Shown piece by piece: positions 18,019 to 26,944 of a stretch of 53,219 nt of DNA. Within the stretch, counting starts at the first letter, position 1, and each line of letters opens with the position of its first letter. The position numbers and the translations under genes were made by a program. The notes below the pieces were generated by a model. The model did not search any database and was not told the origin of the DNA. It saw nothing but the letters and a program-made list of their open reading frames with translations. The DNA comes from a virus (Duplodnaviria > Caudoviricetes), in the IMG/VR virus record IMGVR_UViG_3300021591_000002, positions 1-53,219 of that record; one strand, 5' to 3'.

Positions 18019-18522
18019 TTACTCCTCCTCTTCGGGCTCCACTTCCGGCACTGTGACAACTGGTCCCATGCTATAGGCAGACGCCGGCAGGCCGTCCGGC
18101 ACATCGTCAATATATCCCAGCGCCTGTCCCCATCTTGCAGCCGCCGCCATGTCCGTGCCGAACTCGGCGCGGGCCACGCGGTCTGCGACCTTATCCAGCT
18201 CCTTGATGTATGGGTCTCCGTCCGCGTCCAGCATCGCCATGACGGGCATGCACACATCGGCGCCCCCGTGGAATCTAGCCATGCGCCAGATGTACCACGC
18301 GCGCCGATGCGCCACCTTTACCTCCCACGGCGCATCTTCTGGCGCATACCGTGGACGCGACCTGCGCAGCCGGCCGGTCCGGCTATTGGTGATCAGCTTT
18401 GCGATCAGCTCCGCATGCGCGCGTGGCGTCGGGAAGTACCCGTGGCCATCGCACCACGGGCACTCGCGCCATCGCCCGCGCCCATTCCCGCCACACTTGC
18501 GACATGGTCTTTTCTCATCCAT
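18019..18522 (-). CDS. protein with DnaJ-type CxxCxGxG zinc finger
   Basis: CRKCGGNG...CPWCDGHG at the N-terminus. Confidence 0.75.
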   Translation of the reverse strand: MDEKRPCRKCGGNGRGRWRECPWCDGHGYFPTPRAHAELIAKLITNSRTGRLRRSRPRYAPEDAPWEVKVAHRRAWYIWRMARFHGGADVCMPVMAMLDADGDPYIKELDKVADRVARAEFGTDMAAAARWGQALGYIDDVPDGLPASAYSMGPVVTVPEVEPEEEE

Positions 18523-18721
18523 CGCTTTCTCCTTGAAGTGCTGCCACTACCCTGTCGGCTTCTTCGAGATATCCTTGCGCGTAGTCCAGAAAGCTCCGCG
18601 CATTGAGAAGGAATTCCGGATGGGGTTCCCCCTCCCATGCGCGCAGCTCATCGACTGCGTTAATGATGCTTCTCATGGCATCGAGCGTGTGGGTCCAGAA
18701 GCATTCACGTGGGTTGCTCAT
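18515..18721 (-). CDS. hypothetical protein
   Basis: AGGAGG RBS before MSNPRE; an upstream in-frame start is possible. Confidence 0.55.
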   Translation of the reverse strand: MSNPRECFWTHTLDAMRSIINAVDELRAWEGEPHPEFLLNARSFLDYAQGYLEEADRVVAALQGESDG

Positions 18722-18821
18722 TTCTGCGTCCTCCTGTCGTGCTGGTCTCCGCGTCCCGCGCCGCGCCGGGCGTGCCACAATCATCCACACCTGCGCCATG
18801 CCCATGCCTTTCTCCTTTGTG

Positions 18822-19085
18822 TTACTGCTTGTGGCCAGCTGTGAAGTCCGAAGGCGCAACACGCCACACCACCACTTTGGCAAACTCGCGGCCAGTTATC
18901 TCGCGCACTGCGTTCAGCGCGCGGGCTTGGTCCCGTTTGATGCGCTCGCGAAGCCCCGCAATGGTCGTTTCGCGCTCGCCAAGATAAGCGAGCGTTTCGC
19001 AGTGAAGCTGGTCAACGGTGTCCGCTACCTCCACAATGGCCCGGCCGCGGCCGCCGTCAACGATGCCAATATGGTACGTACGCAT
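18822..19085 (-). CDS. hypothetical protein
   Basis: AGGAG RBS before MRTYH. Confidence 0.6.
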   Translation of the reverse strand: MRTYHIGIVDGGRGRAIVEVADTVDQLHCETLAYLGERETTIAGLRERIKRDQARALNAVREITGREFAKVVVWRVAPSDFTAGHKQ

Positions 19086-19287
19086 GCGTTCTCTCCTGCT
19101 GGTCCGGCCCGCGCCACATTGATGCGCAGCAGTACGGGCACACGTAGGGATCATCCTGTGGGATTTCTTCAACCCACGGCAGCCTCCCCTCGGTGAGCAA
19201 GCGCTGACGCTCGATGCGGTCATTGTCTTTTGTCCATTGGCCGCCGCACTCGGCGCAAGTGCGCGGCCAACCGTGTGGTTGCGTCAT
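19057..19287 (-). CDS. small zinc-binding protein
   Basis: CAEC...CPYC; GAGGGG RBS. Confidence 0.6.
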   Translation of the reverse strand: MTQPHGWPRTCAECGGQWTKDNDRIERQRLLTEGRLPWVEEIPQDDPYVCPYCCASMWRGPDQQERTHAYVPYWHR

Positions 19288-19288
19288 A

Positions 19289-19717
19289 CTAGTTCCCCTC
19301 ACCTTTAAGCTTCCGCACGCCGCGCGCGCAGACGGTGTGCGTCCAACCAGCCGCACGCGCATGCGCGTACCGCCCCGCCGGGAGCGGTTGCATGTCAAGC
19401 ATGCACAACTTCTCTCGCGGGACAAGCAGCAGGTCCTGCGCGTTTTCGACCAGCTCAAGGCCGCATTCCAACGCGAGCAGAACTTGCTCCCCGTCCTGCT
19501 CGACGACGGCGGCGAAGTACCGAGGTGGCCATCCCCCGCGCCCGCGGAGGGAGGCAACTTCGGCGCGCCTGTCCTCGTATCGTGCGCGTCCAATACCCTC
19601 GTGGAGGGCGTCGAGCGTGGTGTCGTCCGCGCTATCAAGCGCGCGCTCATACGCCTCTCGGGCCTCGCGCTCGCGCGGTCCGCAGGCGGCGCGTACTTTC
19701 TCCAACCTCTCGCGCAT
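19289..19717 (-). CDS. hypothetical protein
   Basis: AAGGAG RBS; 142 aa. Confidence 0.65.
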   Translation of the reverse strand: MRERLEKVRAACGPREREAREAYERALDSADDTTLDALHEGIGRARYEDRRAEVASLRGRGGWPPRYFAAVVEQDGEQVLLALECGLELVENAQDLLLVPREKLCMLDMQPLPAGRYAHARAAGWTHTVCARGVRKLKGEGN

Positions 19718-19727
19718 CTCGTTCTCC

Positions 19728-20105
19728 TTACTTCTGCGCCATGAGTCGCAACACCTCGCCGCGCTCTACAGGTACGACCTGCTGGTCCGGCCGGCGCATG
19801 GCCAGCAGTAAGTCCAATTGCTCTTCGATTCCATGCGCCACTTGGTCGAGGTGGTGGACTATCTCCTTGGTGGACTCTAGCGCCACCTGCAGCGCCTGGA
19901 CGGCTTCCAAGCGCCTTTCCCAGGCGCGCTCGGCGCCTAGGCGCTCGCACGCCCCGGCCAGGGCTTCCAGCGCCTTCCGCGCCTCGGCGCACCGGCGCTC
20001 CAGCGCGCCTTCGCAGCGCAGCGCCCGCTGCGCTTGCGCGGCCATATACTCGGCCACAGCGCTCCAGCGCGCCGCCGGAATGTACCGCATTCTCACCGTT
20101 GCCAT
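19728..20105 (-). CDS. coiled-coil protein
   Basis: GAGGAG RBS; Ala/Glu/Arg heptads. Confidence 0.65.
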   Translation of the reverse strand: MATVRMRYIPAARWSAVAEYMAAQAQRALRCEGALERRCAEARKALEALAGACERLGAERAWERRLEAVQALQVALESTKEIVHHLDQVAHGIEEQLDLLLAMRRPDQQVVPVERGEVLRLMAQK

Positions 20106-20115
20106 GTCTTTCTCC

Positions 20116-20388
20116 TCACCTGACGCGACACACCACAGCGCGGGTGCACAGGCCGTCAAGTGCGCCAAAGTCCAGATAGGCGCGCAACTCAACGACGTGC
20201 GTTGCGCCGCGCTCGCGGGCGAACTCATGCCGCCCGCCACGGTCCCAGCCGGCCGCCGCGTGCTCCGGCACGCGGTTCCACGGCCCGCTGGGGGATTGCG
20301 CCACCCGCCACGGCCAGCGCGTGCGGTCAACGAAGACCGCCTTAGCGCCAGCCGGCAGCCGAGCGGCCGCGTGCTGCAGGACGTCCAT
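20116..20388 (-). CDS. hypothetical protein
   Basis: AGGAGG RBS before MDVLQH. Confidence 0.6.
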   Translation of the reverse strand: MDVLQHAAARLPAGAKAVFVDRTRWPWRVAQSPSGPWNRVPEHAAAGWDRGGRHEFARERGATHVVELRAYLDFGALDGLCTRAVVCRVR

Positions 20389-20398
20389 GTTCGGCCTC

Positions 20399-20674
20399 CT
20401 AAACGGCAAACGCCTCGGCGCGCTGGGCCGCGTCAATCGATACGGCCTCGACAGCGCACTGGAGCGCAATCCAGCGCTCCGCCGCGTACAGTGCGGCGCC
20501 GCGCGTCCTGAACCCACCCGATTGGTGCGCCGGCTTGCCGGCGAGCGGGCCTCGCCACACCGCGAAGGCCCACCTGTGACGCGGGCGCTTATGCACGCAC
20601 AGCGTCCACGTCCGCGCGTACGGCGCGTCCGAAACGACGCCGTACAGATACCCAATAGCGTGCTTGTGCAACAT
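20399..20674 (-). CDS. hypothetical early protein (WxF module)
   Basis: AGGAG RBS; RWAFAVW...SGGFRTRGAAL. Confidence 0.6.
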   Translation of the reverse strand: MLHKHAIGYLYGVVSDAPYARTWTLCVHKRPRHRWAFAVWRGPLAGKPAHQSGGFRTRGAALYAAERWIALQCAVEAVSIDAAQRAEAFAV

Positions 20675-20714
20675 CACGTTTCTCCTACCAAAGACCAACG
20701 AAGCGCACGCTATA

Positions 20715-20975
20715 TGTTATCCGGCGTACGCCGGCTATCGTCATGCAAGCGGGCACGCGGCTACGCACGTACGTACACACATTGTATGTACGAGCGTGCA
20801 ACGTACTACACCATACACGCTATGCGCATGCATTACTATAGCGCGGGGTACTAGTACGTACGCTCATGCATCTCATGCATAAAGAGCGCGTACATACCAT
20901 GTAAGCGTTAGGTATGCACGTGTATATGGGTAATCCCATGTACGTGCATGAGCGTACATGGGGTGTACGTATGGG
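20715..20975. repeat. non-coding purine/pyrimidine-alternating, palindrome-rich island
   Basis: Hand count: 12 GTAC and 8 CATG. Perfect palindromes CCGGCGTACGCCGG (20721-20734) and GTACTAGTAC (20848-20857); stem-loop 20914-20949. Confidence 0.75.
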
Positions 20976-21013
20976 TAGGGCAGGGCCGGCGGGCGGCGGT
21001 TAGGGTGTTTCTC

Positions 21014-21313
21014 CTAGTAGCCCAGGGCGTACAATGCTCTGAGCGCGGTGGTCGCGGCCTTGAAGTGGCGCGTGTTGGGTTCGCCATCGATTAGTCGGGA
21101 GATGATGGCGCTGGTGTGGGCGGAATTGCACACGCCGGTTTTGAGGTCGCGTGCGGCCTTCAGGATATGGTCTCCGATATGGGGAGGGAGATCGAGGGCC
21201 ACTTTGCGAAGGTGGTATGCGCCCTCGAGTTGGAGCATTCTGATGATGTGCATCGCGCCTGTTTCGACGTAGTCGTGCGCTGTTACTGCGTCCATGGTGT
21301 TGAATGCTGACAT
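21014..21313 (-). CDS. hypothetical protein
   Basis: AGGAGGT RBS; 99 aa. Confidence 0.75.
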   Translation of the reverse strand: MSAFNTMDAVTAHDYVETGAMHIIRMLQLEGAYHLRKVALDLPPHIGDHILKAARDLKTGVCNSAHTSAIISRLIDGEPNTRHFKAATTALRALYALGY

Positions 21314-21439
21314 GGCGGACCTCCTTTCGTCATGCCGCCCGCCGGATTGTCAATGAGCGTGCCCTGCCAAGGCGCCTTAGCACGGCGCACGTGCCAAGAC
21401 GTGTTGGCAGGTGGCAGACCCGGGCCTAGGTTGCGGGAA

Positions 21440-21871
21440 TTAGACGTCCAGTTCGTCGATCACCACGTCTTCGACCTCGGTTGTCTCCTTTTTCTCCTTC
21501 GGGGTGTACGGCACGCTGTGCCGCGCCACGGGATTGAAGTCAATGCCGAGCGCCTTTGCCGTGTCCAAGCGCTTCTCAAGCGCTTCGGTGGTGTAGCCGG
21601 TAGCCGGCCGCAATTCTCCACGGCGGCGCGGATTGTAGCACAGATTTTCCGCGGCCTGGAGTTCGGCGGCGGCCACCGCCAGAATCGACCACACCTGCTC
21701 AGCGTTGCGGGCAGGTGTAGCGACCTTGACCGCGGCGGAAGCCAGTTTCCGGGCGCGTTCAAGACGCTCGATGGCGTCTTCAACCGCCGATTCAATGACG
21801 GCGGCCACGGCGCCGATGCGTCGAACGCCACCATTACCCAGCGCAGTGCCGGTGTTTTTCTTGCTGGCCAT
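21440..21871 (-). CDS. hypothetical protein, first gene of the leftward operon
   Basis: AAGGAG RBS; directly downstream of a consensus promoter; acidic tail. Confidence 0.75.
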   Translation of the reverse strand: MASKKNTGTALGNGGVRRIGAVAAVIESAVEDAIERLERARKLASAAVKVATPARNAEQVWSILAVAAAELQAAENLCYNPRRRGELRPATGYTTEALEKRLDTAKALGIDFNPVARHSVPYTPKEKKETTEVEDVVIDELDV

Positions 21872-21938
21872 GACGATTCTCCTTTGTCATGGCCCGGGCC
21901 TGCTCGCTTGCCAAAGAACGACCTGTCAAGGCATCCTT

Positions 21939-21967
21939 AGCATACCATAGACGGCGGGCGTTGTCAA
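21939..21967 (-). promoter_or_regulatory. sigma70-type leftward (early) promoter
   Basis: Minus strand TTGACA-17 bp-TATGCT with TG extended -10, ~70 bp upstream of ATG 21871. Confidence 0.8.
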
Positions 21968-22317
21968 GCCGACTTGCCACGGCGGGCAGCCTGGCGAAAT
22001 GCGGCGGCAGGCGGCGGCGGAAAAATCCCCCCGCGATTCGCGGCGGGGGAATAATCCCCCCCGTTTGCGCGGAGAAAATTCCGTGGCTCGTTGCGGTGTC
22101 GTGCTTTGCAATAGCCCCTAGAAGCCGCGAGGATTGCGTGTGGCGGCATCCGGGGTGGTGCAAAGTATAAGAAGTCGCGTTACGTGCGCGATAATCGTTA
22201 TCAATAAGCGTAAGCGTGGCGTGTTATTGGGCTTACGTTCTTACTGGGAAGCGTTATCATTTGCGTGTTTGAGCAAATAGGGCGTGTGGGGCACGAGAAT
22301 CGCGTGTGGTGCAAAGT

Positions 22318-22353
22318 TGGTTCATATGAACCAGTTAGTGCCATTTTGGCACT
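22318..22353. promoter_or_regulatory. two adjacent palindromic operator-like sites
   Basis: TGGTTCATATGAACCA (perfect 16-mer, 22318-22333) and AGTGCCA-TTT-TGGCACT (22337-22353), between the divergent promoters. Confidence 0.5.
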
Positions 22354-22429
22354 CGGTGTTTGGGTGAGGGTTGGCGCGGCTGGGGAGGGGCGAAATCGGC
22401 TGGTTACGGCGGGAAGGAGGGGAAAGGGC

Positions 22430-22740
22430 GTGTACGTATATAAGGGGTACGTCTATGTACGTACATGGAAGTATATAATTAGGTACGTACATGTACGGGG
22501 TACTAAGTTATATAATAATATATAGCTAGGTACTCTGTGTACATGGGTATATGAGTGGGGTACCGGCTTATAAGGGTAGGGTATAAGCTTATAGGAGGGG
22601 TAGGTACACGTACGTCCAGACTACCTATATAAAAGGTAGTCTGGACGTGTACGTACGTACTGGTACCCTTAAAGTAACGTACAGTGGGTACCGTACGTAC
22701 AGTAAGGGTACATAGATAGGGGTACAGGTAGAGTACCGTG
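22430..22740. repeat. GTAC-dense, TA-rich non-coding island with a 15-bp inverted repeat
   Basis: 24 GTAC in ~305 bp by hand count; ACGTCCAGACTACCT-atataaa-AGGTAGTCTGGACGT at 22612-22648. Confidence 0.85.
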
Positions 22741-22778
22741 GAGCTCATGAGGGGTAACCCTACATGACACAGATGGGG

Positions 22779-22807
22779 TTGACTTGCGGGGTGAGTGGTG
22801 GTAGTAT
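22779..22807 (+). promoter_or_regulatory. sigma70-type rightward promoter
   Basis: TTGACT-17 bp-TAGTAT with TG extended -10; AGGAGG RBS at ~22817 and ATG at 22829. Confidence 0.65.
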
Positions 22808-22828
22808 CTTATAGGAAGGAGGCTTGGT

Positions 22829-23326
22829 ATGACAGGGCCTGAGCGTGAGTTTGCTCTGTTTTGCGCTAGGGTGCGCGATAAGGAAGGGCGTCTGGCTAAG
22901 TGGAGGGAACTCGGGCTGGATAATGGGGAGAGCGATGGGAAGGAGGCGCAGCGCATAGCTGCCTTTCTTCGGAGGGATGACGTGGTGAATTTGCTGGAAG
23001 CAGAGGAAGACCGTGCGGACATAGAGGCGCGCGCCACGATAATGGAGGAGCGCGAAGAGCGGGCGCGGCTCTATAAGAAGCGGCTCCAGCTGTGGCAAGA
23101 GGTGCTGGACTCCGCGCTCGAAGCGCTGGGTAAGGTGCGGCAGCAAATACGCGAGGGTGATAACATTGGCACCATACAGGCGTACTCCAAGCTGGTGGAT
23201 GTGCTTCGCAAGCTTGTGCCGATGGATATCGAAGAGGAGGACGTGCTGGTTACGCAGCGTGAGCGTGAAGCAATTGCCCGCTCTATCGGCTTCAAGATAC
23301 CCGACGAGTTGATACCGCGAGCATGA
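22829..23326 (+). CDS. putative terminase small subunit
   Basis: Helical 165-aa protein immediately upstream of terL; call is positional. Confidence 0.6.
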   Translation: MTGPEREFALFCARVRDKEGRLAKWRELGLDNGESDGKEAQRIAAFLRRDDVVNLLEAEEDRADIEARATIMEEREERARLYKKRLQLWQEVLDSALEALGKVRQQIREGDNIGTIQAYSKLVDVLRKLVPMDIEEEDVLVTQREREAIARSIGFKIPDELIPRA

Positions 23327-23327
23327 C

Positions 23328-24851
23328 ATGCGCAAGCTAGACCCGGCGATAGTCCGGCGAGATGTACGGGAGTGCCCGATAGCGTGGTTCTCCGTGAAGC
23401 GCCGCCCAGGCCAGCGGGCGTTTTTTTATGATAAGAGCGTCGTCTCGGTTGTTATCGGGGGGCGGCGTGCCGGCAAAACCACATGCGTGGTAGGAAGAAC
23501 GGTGGCGGCAGCTACGGGTATAGAGCCGCTTGAACTTCCCGGCTGCACGGAAGGCTTCCCAAAGCCACCGCTGGCCATCAGGCACTTCTGCGTGGATATC
23601 AACCGCACGTGGGAGCAGGTGATCCTGCCGAAGTATCTGGCACTTATCCCGCCCTCGATGCTGGACAAACGCAAGGGTGCAAAGCGCGACGGGTACGAGC
23701 GCCACAAGAACACGCTGTGGCTGCGCAACGGGACGTACATACAGCCGATGACGTACGGCATGACGCTTGATAAGAGCGAGTCCGCTGTGCTGGATATCGT
23801 GAATTTTGACGAGTTTCCGCGCCAGGAGCTTTTCCACAGCCAGCTTGCACGCGTGCTGACAACTGGCGGGCGCATATTTATCGCCGGGTGTCTGGACCAG
23901 CGCAGCATGCCGTGGCCCATAGACTGGGTGCACGAAGAACTCCTTGACACCGATAATCCGCACGTGAGTGTGCACTACTTCAGCACCGAGGAAAACATCA
24001 AGGCACTCGCAGAAGAGGCGGGCGAAGAGGTCGGCGCCCGCATCAAGAAAAACCTTGAGGCCATACGCGCCTTCCTGCCCGAAGAAGAACAAAGCGTGGT
24101 GCTTGGCGGCACGCCGTCGTGGCAATTCGGGCGCGTGTACAAGGAATTCACGCCAGAAAAACATGTGCTCAAGGGCTTCCAGCCGCACCACTTCCTAGCC
24201 ATGATGCGTAAGGGCTATGGTGAGATATACGCGGGGTGGGATCACGGAATCAACCACCCAACGTGCGTGGCGTATGGTTTTCTCACAACGCATGACGTTC
24301 CAAACTTGCCTTTTAAGCGCGGCGATGTTATAGTGTTTGACGAGTACTGGCGCCAAGGGCTGAAGGCGCCGCAAATGGTGGGTGAAATCCTGCGGCTCCA
24401 CAAGATGTACATCCCGAAGCGCTACTTCTGCTGCCGCAGGATGTTCATCAGCGGTGAACTCGGGCCGTCCGTGGCGCGTTACTACATGGATAACGGGATC
24501 GCACCGCTGATTTCCGCAAGCCACGGGCGAATGGACGCCATAGACCCTGGAGTCCAGCTTGTGTCGGCGCTCATACACGAAGGCGAAGAGTGGCCGAGGT
24601 TGCGTGTGTGCGAGAATTGCACGCACGTGATCCGCGCGCTCAAGTCGTGGTCTTTCAAGCCGTCGTCGTCCGATACCAATACCGGGGCAAAATATAGCGA
24701 CAAGTACAAGGATGCAGCCGATGCCGTGCGGTATCTGGTTACCGGCTGCGCCAGGCGAAATGAAATCGCAAGGCCGGTCATGTGGCCGCAAGTCGATCAT
24801 CCCGGCCTGCCCATATCGGCACTAAGCATACTTAGCGGGGTTGGCTACTGA
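23328..24851 (+). CDS. terL: terminase large subunit
   Basis: Walker A GGRRAGKT, Walker B VNFDE, nuclease motifs GWDHG and DAADAVRY. Confidence 0.92.
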   Translation: MRKLDPAIVRRDVRECPIAWFSVKRRPGQRAFFYDKSVVSVVIGGRRAGKTTCVVGRTVAAATGIEPLELPGCTEGFPKPPLAIRHFCVDINRTWEQVILPKYLALIPPSMLDKRKGAKRDGYERHKNTLWLRNGTYIQPMTYGMTLDKSESAVLDIVNFDEFPRQELFHSQLARVLTTGGRIFIAGCLDQRSMPWPIDWVHEELLDTDNPHVSVHYFSTEENIKALAEEAGEEVGARIKKNLEAIRAFLPEEEQSVVLGGTPSWQFGRVYKEFTPEKHVLKGFQPHHFLAMMRKGYGEIYAGWDHGINHPTCVAYGFLTTHDVPNLPFKRGDVIVFDEYWRQGLKAPQMVGEILRLHKMYIPKRYFCCRRMFISGELGPSVARYYMDNGIAPLISASHGRMDAIDPGVQLVSALIHEGEEWPRLRVCENCTHVIRALKSWSFKPSSSDTNTGAKYSDKYKDAADAVRYLVTGCARRNEIARPVMWPQVDHPGLPISALSILSGVGY

Positions 24852-26944
24852 TGGCACACTTCACACTAGATGACGTTGCAAAACTCAGCGCGGAATTGAC
24901 CACCGCGTACAACGATGCGAAGTCGCGCTACGCCGAGAAACACGATGTGGTGTGGCCCAGGTGCTACCGCTTCTACAAGATGCTGCACGACCCCAGTGTG
25001 CTTCAAGGATGGCGCGAGGCGGTGATGGCGATGGGGCCACAACATCCCGCCAAGAAGGCGGCGGCCATATTCTATCCGCTTGCCTTTACCGCCGTCGAGA
25101 CGTTGATCCCGCGATTCGTGGGCGCCGTCCTTAGCCGCGAGCCACGCGTCGAGTTGGCCGACCCCGACGCCGTTGATGAAGAGAGGCTCGACCTCCTCAA
25201 GGCTTACGAAAAACGCGTCCAGGCTCATCTTGCGTACCGTATTGCGAATGATTTTCGTTTGCGTGAACTTAGCCCGCTCATCTGCCGCGACGCCTGCATC
25301 TATGGTACAGCGATTCTACACGTAGCATGGGACTACGAGGTCGATTTTCAGCGAACTTACGTCCCGCGCAAGAAGGAGACGCCTGTCGGCGAAAAGTGGG
25401 AACTCGTAAAGGAGAAAGAGCCCAAGTTTCGCGCGGGAATGTCGCTGAAGCTTATCTCGCCATATGATTTCTTCCCTGACCCTCTCGCCGACGGCATCAA
25501 CCGCACGTCGTATTTCCCCGCCCGCTACGTCATGTGGCGACGCCTTGTGCCCGTCAAGACGCTGTGGGAACATATAAGGGCAACGAAGAAGAAGCGGAAG
25601 TGGAGAGTCCAGAACCTGAAAGAGCTGCAAGAGCTGGCGGAGGCGGGGAATCAACCACCACGCCACTTCGAAGTTGCGGCGGAAGCAACGGGTGAAAGTT
25701 CGCCTGTGCCCAAGGATGACGTGATTACCGTCTTCGAATGCTGGACCTCTCCGCCCGACCCCGCGTACATTATCGCCATCGGGCGGCATTCCCCGAAGGT
25801 TATCCTCGTCGAGACAGAAGAGCAGCATCCGTCCATTCGCGCCCCGATTCCGTTTGCCCTTGTCAAGCCGATTTCCATACCGCGCGAATTCTACGGGCAG
25901 AGTATCGTTGACGTACTTGGCCCGCTCAATGACATGGTCAACGCCCTTGTCAACCTGCGCGTGATCGGTTTGTCCAAGTCGGTGGCCGGCTTCACCGGCA
26001 TCAACAAGGACATGATTTCCGCGGGCGCCGACGCGGTGCTCCGCAACCCGTTACGCGTGTACGAATTCATACCGGGCGGCACAGGGAAGCCGATTGAGTA
26101 CACGGATATCCCCGATCACACCACCGGCGTCCAGGCCCAGATCAACGATATCGTCTCGCACGCCCAGATGGCGGCGGGCACGCCGGAGCCGGTGCTTGGC
26201 GCGGGCGGACCCGAAACGGCACGCGGCTACGGGTGGGCAATCGAGCAGTCGGCCCAGCGATTCTCCCTCGCTGCCGAATCTATAGCCGCGGGCTTGCGCG
26301 ATATCCTTGAGATAGCCGTGGCCATAGATGCCCAATACATGGAACGCGGTCGCTTCGTTACCATTGAAGACAAGGGCAAGAAATATCGGCTTCCACTTGA
26401 GCCCGATATGCTCGCTGAGCCGTGGCGGATTATCGTTGACGTTGACCCGATCAAGACGAATCCGGCGCTCCAACTCCAGCAATGGCTCAACATGCTCACC
26501 GTTCTCCTGCCGTTGCCGGATATTCATCGCCACAGCTTGGTGCGCCGCACACTTGAACTTATGGGCATCAAGGACCCGCAGGAATTCCTCAAAGAAGAGG
26601 CAAGCGATCCTGAGCACGAAAACGCCCTGTTCCTTGCACGTGGTGAGTACCCGCCGCGACATCCTGGCGACAACGACGCGCATCATATCGAGGTCCACCA
26701 GCGCATTTCCGATAAGGCGGTGCAAATGGGGCCAGCGGCGGTCGCCGCGCACGCCCAGCATATCATAGAACATAAGCTTGCAATGCAGCCGCAGGCCCCG
26801 CCGCCTATGCCACAGGCCCCGGGCGCGCCTGTCGGCGCCACGCCGGAGCACGGCGCGCCCGGCATGCCCGTTGGCGAAGAAGTAGGTATCCCGACGCCAG
26901 AAGCTGCGCCCGAAGGAGCTTCATATGGTCTGCCACCCGAGTGA
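24851..26944 (+). CDS. portal protein
   Basis: 697 aa after terL; SPYDFFPDP, P.EFYG.S, ETA motifs; HxxHIxxH and Pro-rich tail. Confidence 0.88.
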   Translation: MAHFTLDDVAKLSAELTTAYNDAKSRYAEKHDVVWPRCYRFYKMLHDPSVLQGWREAVMAMGPQHPAKKAAAIFYPLAFTAVETLIPRFVGAVLSREPRVELADPDAVDEERLDLLKAYEKRVQAHLAYRIANDFRLRELSPLICRDACIYGTAILHVAWDYEVDFQRTYVPRKKETPVGEKWELVKEKEPKFRAGMSLKLISPYDFFPDPLADGINRTSYFPARYVMWRRLVPVKTLWEHIRATKKKRKWRVQNLKELQELAEAGNQPPRHFEVAAEATGESSPVPKDDVITVFECWTSPPDPAYIIAIGRHSPKVILVETEEQHPSIRAPIPFALVKPISIPREFYGQSIVDVLGPLNDMVNALVNLRVIGLSKSVAGFTGINKDMISAGADAVLRNPLRVYEFIPGGTGKPIEYTDIPDHTTGVQAQINDIVSHAQMAAGTPEPVLGAGGPETARGYGWAIEQSAQRFSLAAESIAAGLRDILEIAVAIDAQYMERGRFVTIEDKGKKYRLPLEPDMLAEPWRIIVDVDPIKTNPALQLQQWLNMLTVLLPLPDIHRHSLVRRTLELMGIKDPQEFLKEEASDPEHENALFLARGEYPPRHPGDNDAHHIEVHQRISDKAVQMGPAAVAAHAQHIIEHKLAMQPQAPPPMPQAPGAPVGATPEHGAPGMPVGEEVGIPTPEAAPEGASYGLPPE

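Noticed and set aside
21348-21410. Minus-strand TTGACA at 21348-21353 and TGGCA/TGCCA words as sigma70 or sigma54 promoters
   Set aside because: No -10 hexamer at 16-18 bp, and the GG-N10-GC spacing is not met.
22430-22740. GTAC island as a CRISPR array or tandem repeat
   Set aside because: No fixed-length repeat unit or regular spacing; only a 4-6 bp word recurs.
22265-22748. ORFs 22265..22525 (+) and 22503..22748 (-)
   Set aside because: Tyr/Val/Thr-biased translations reflect the GTAC word bias; no RBS.
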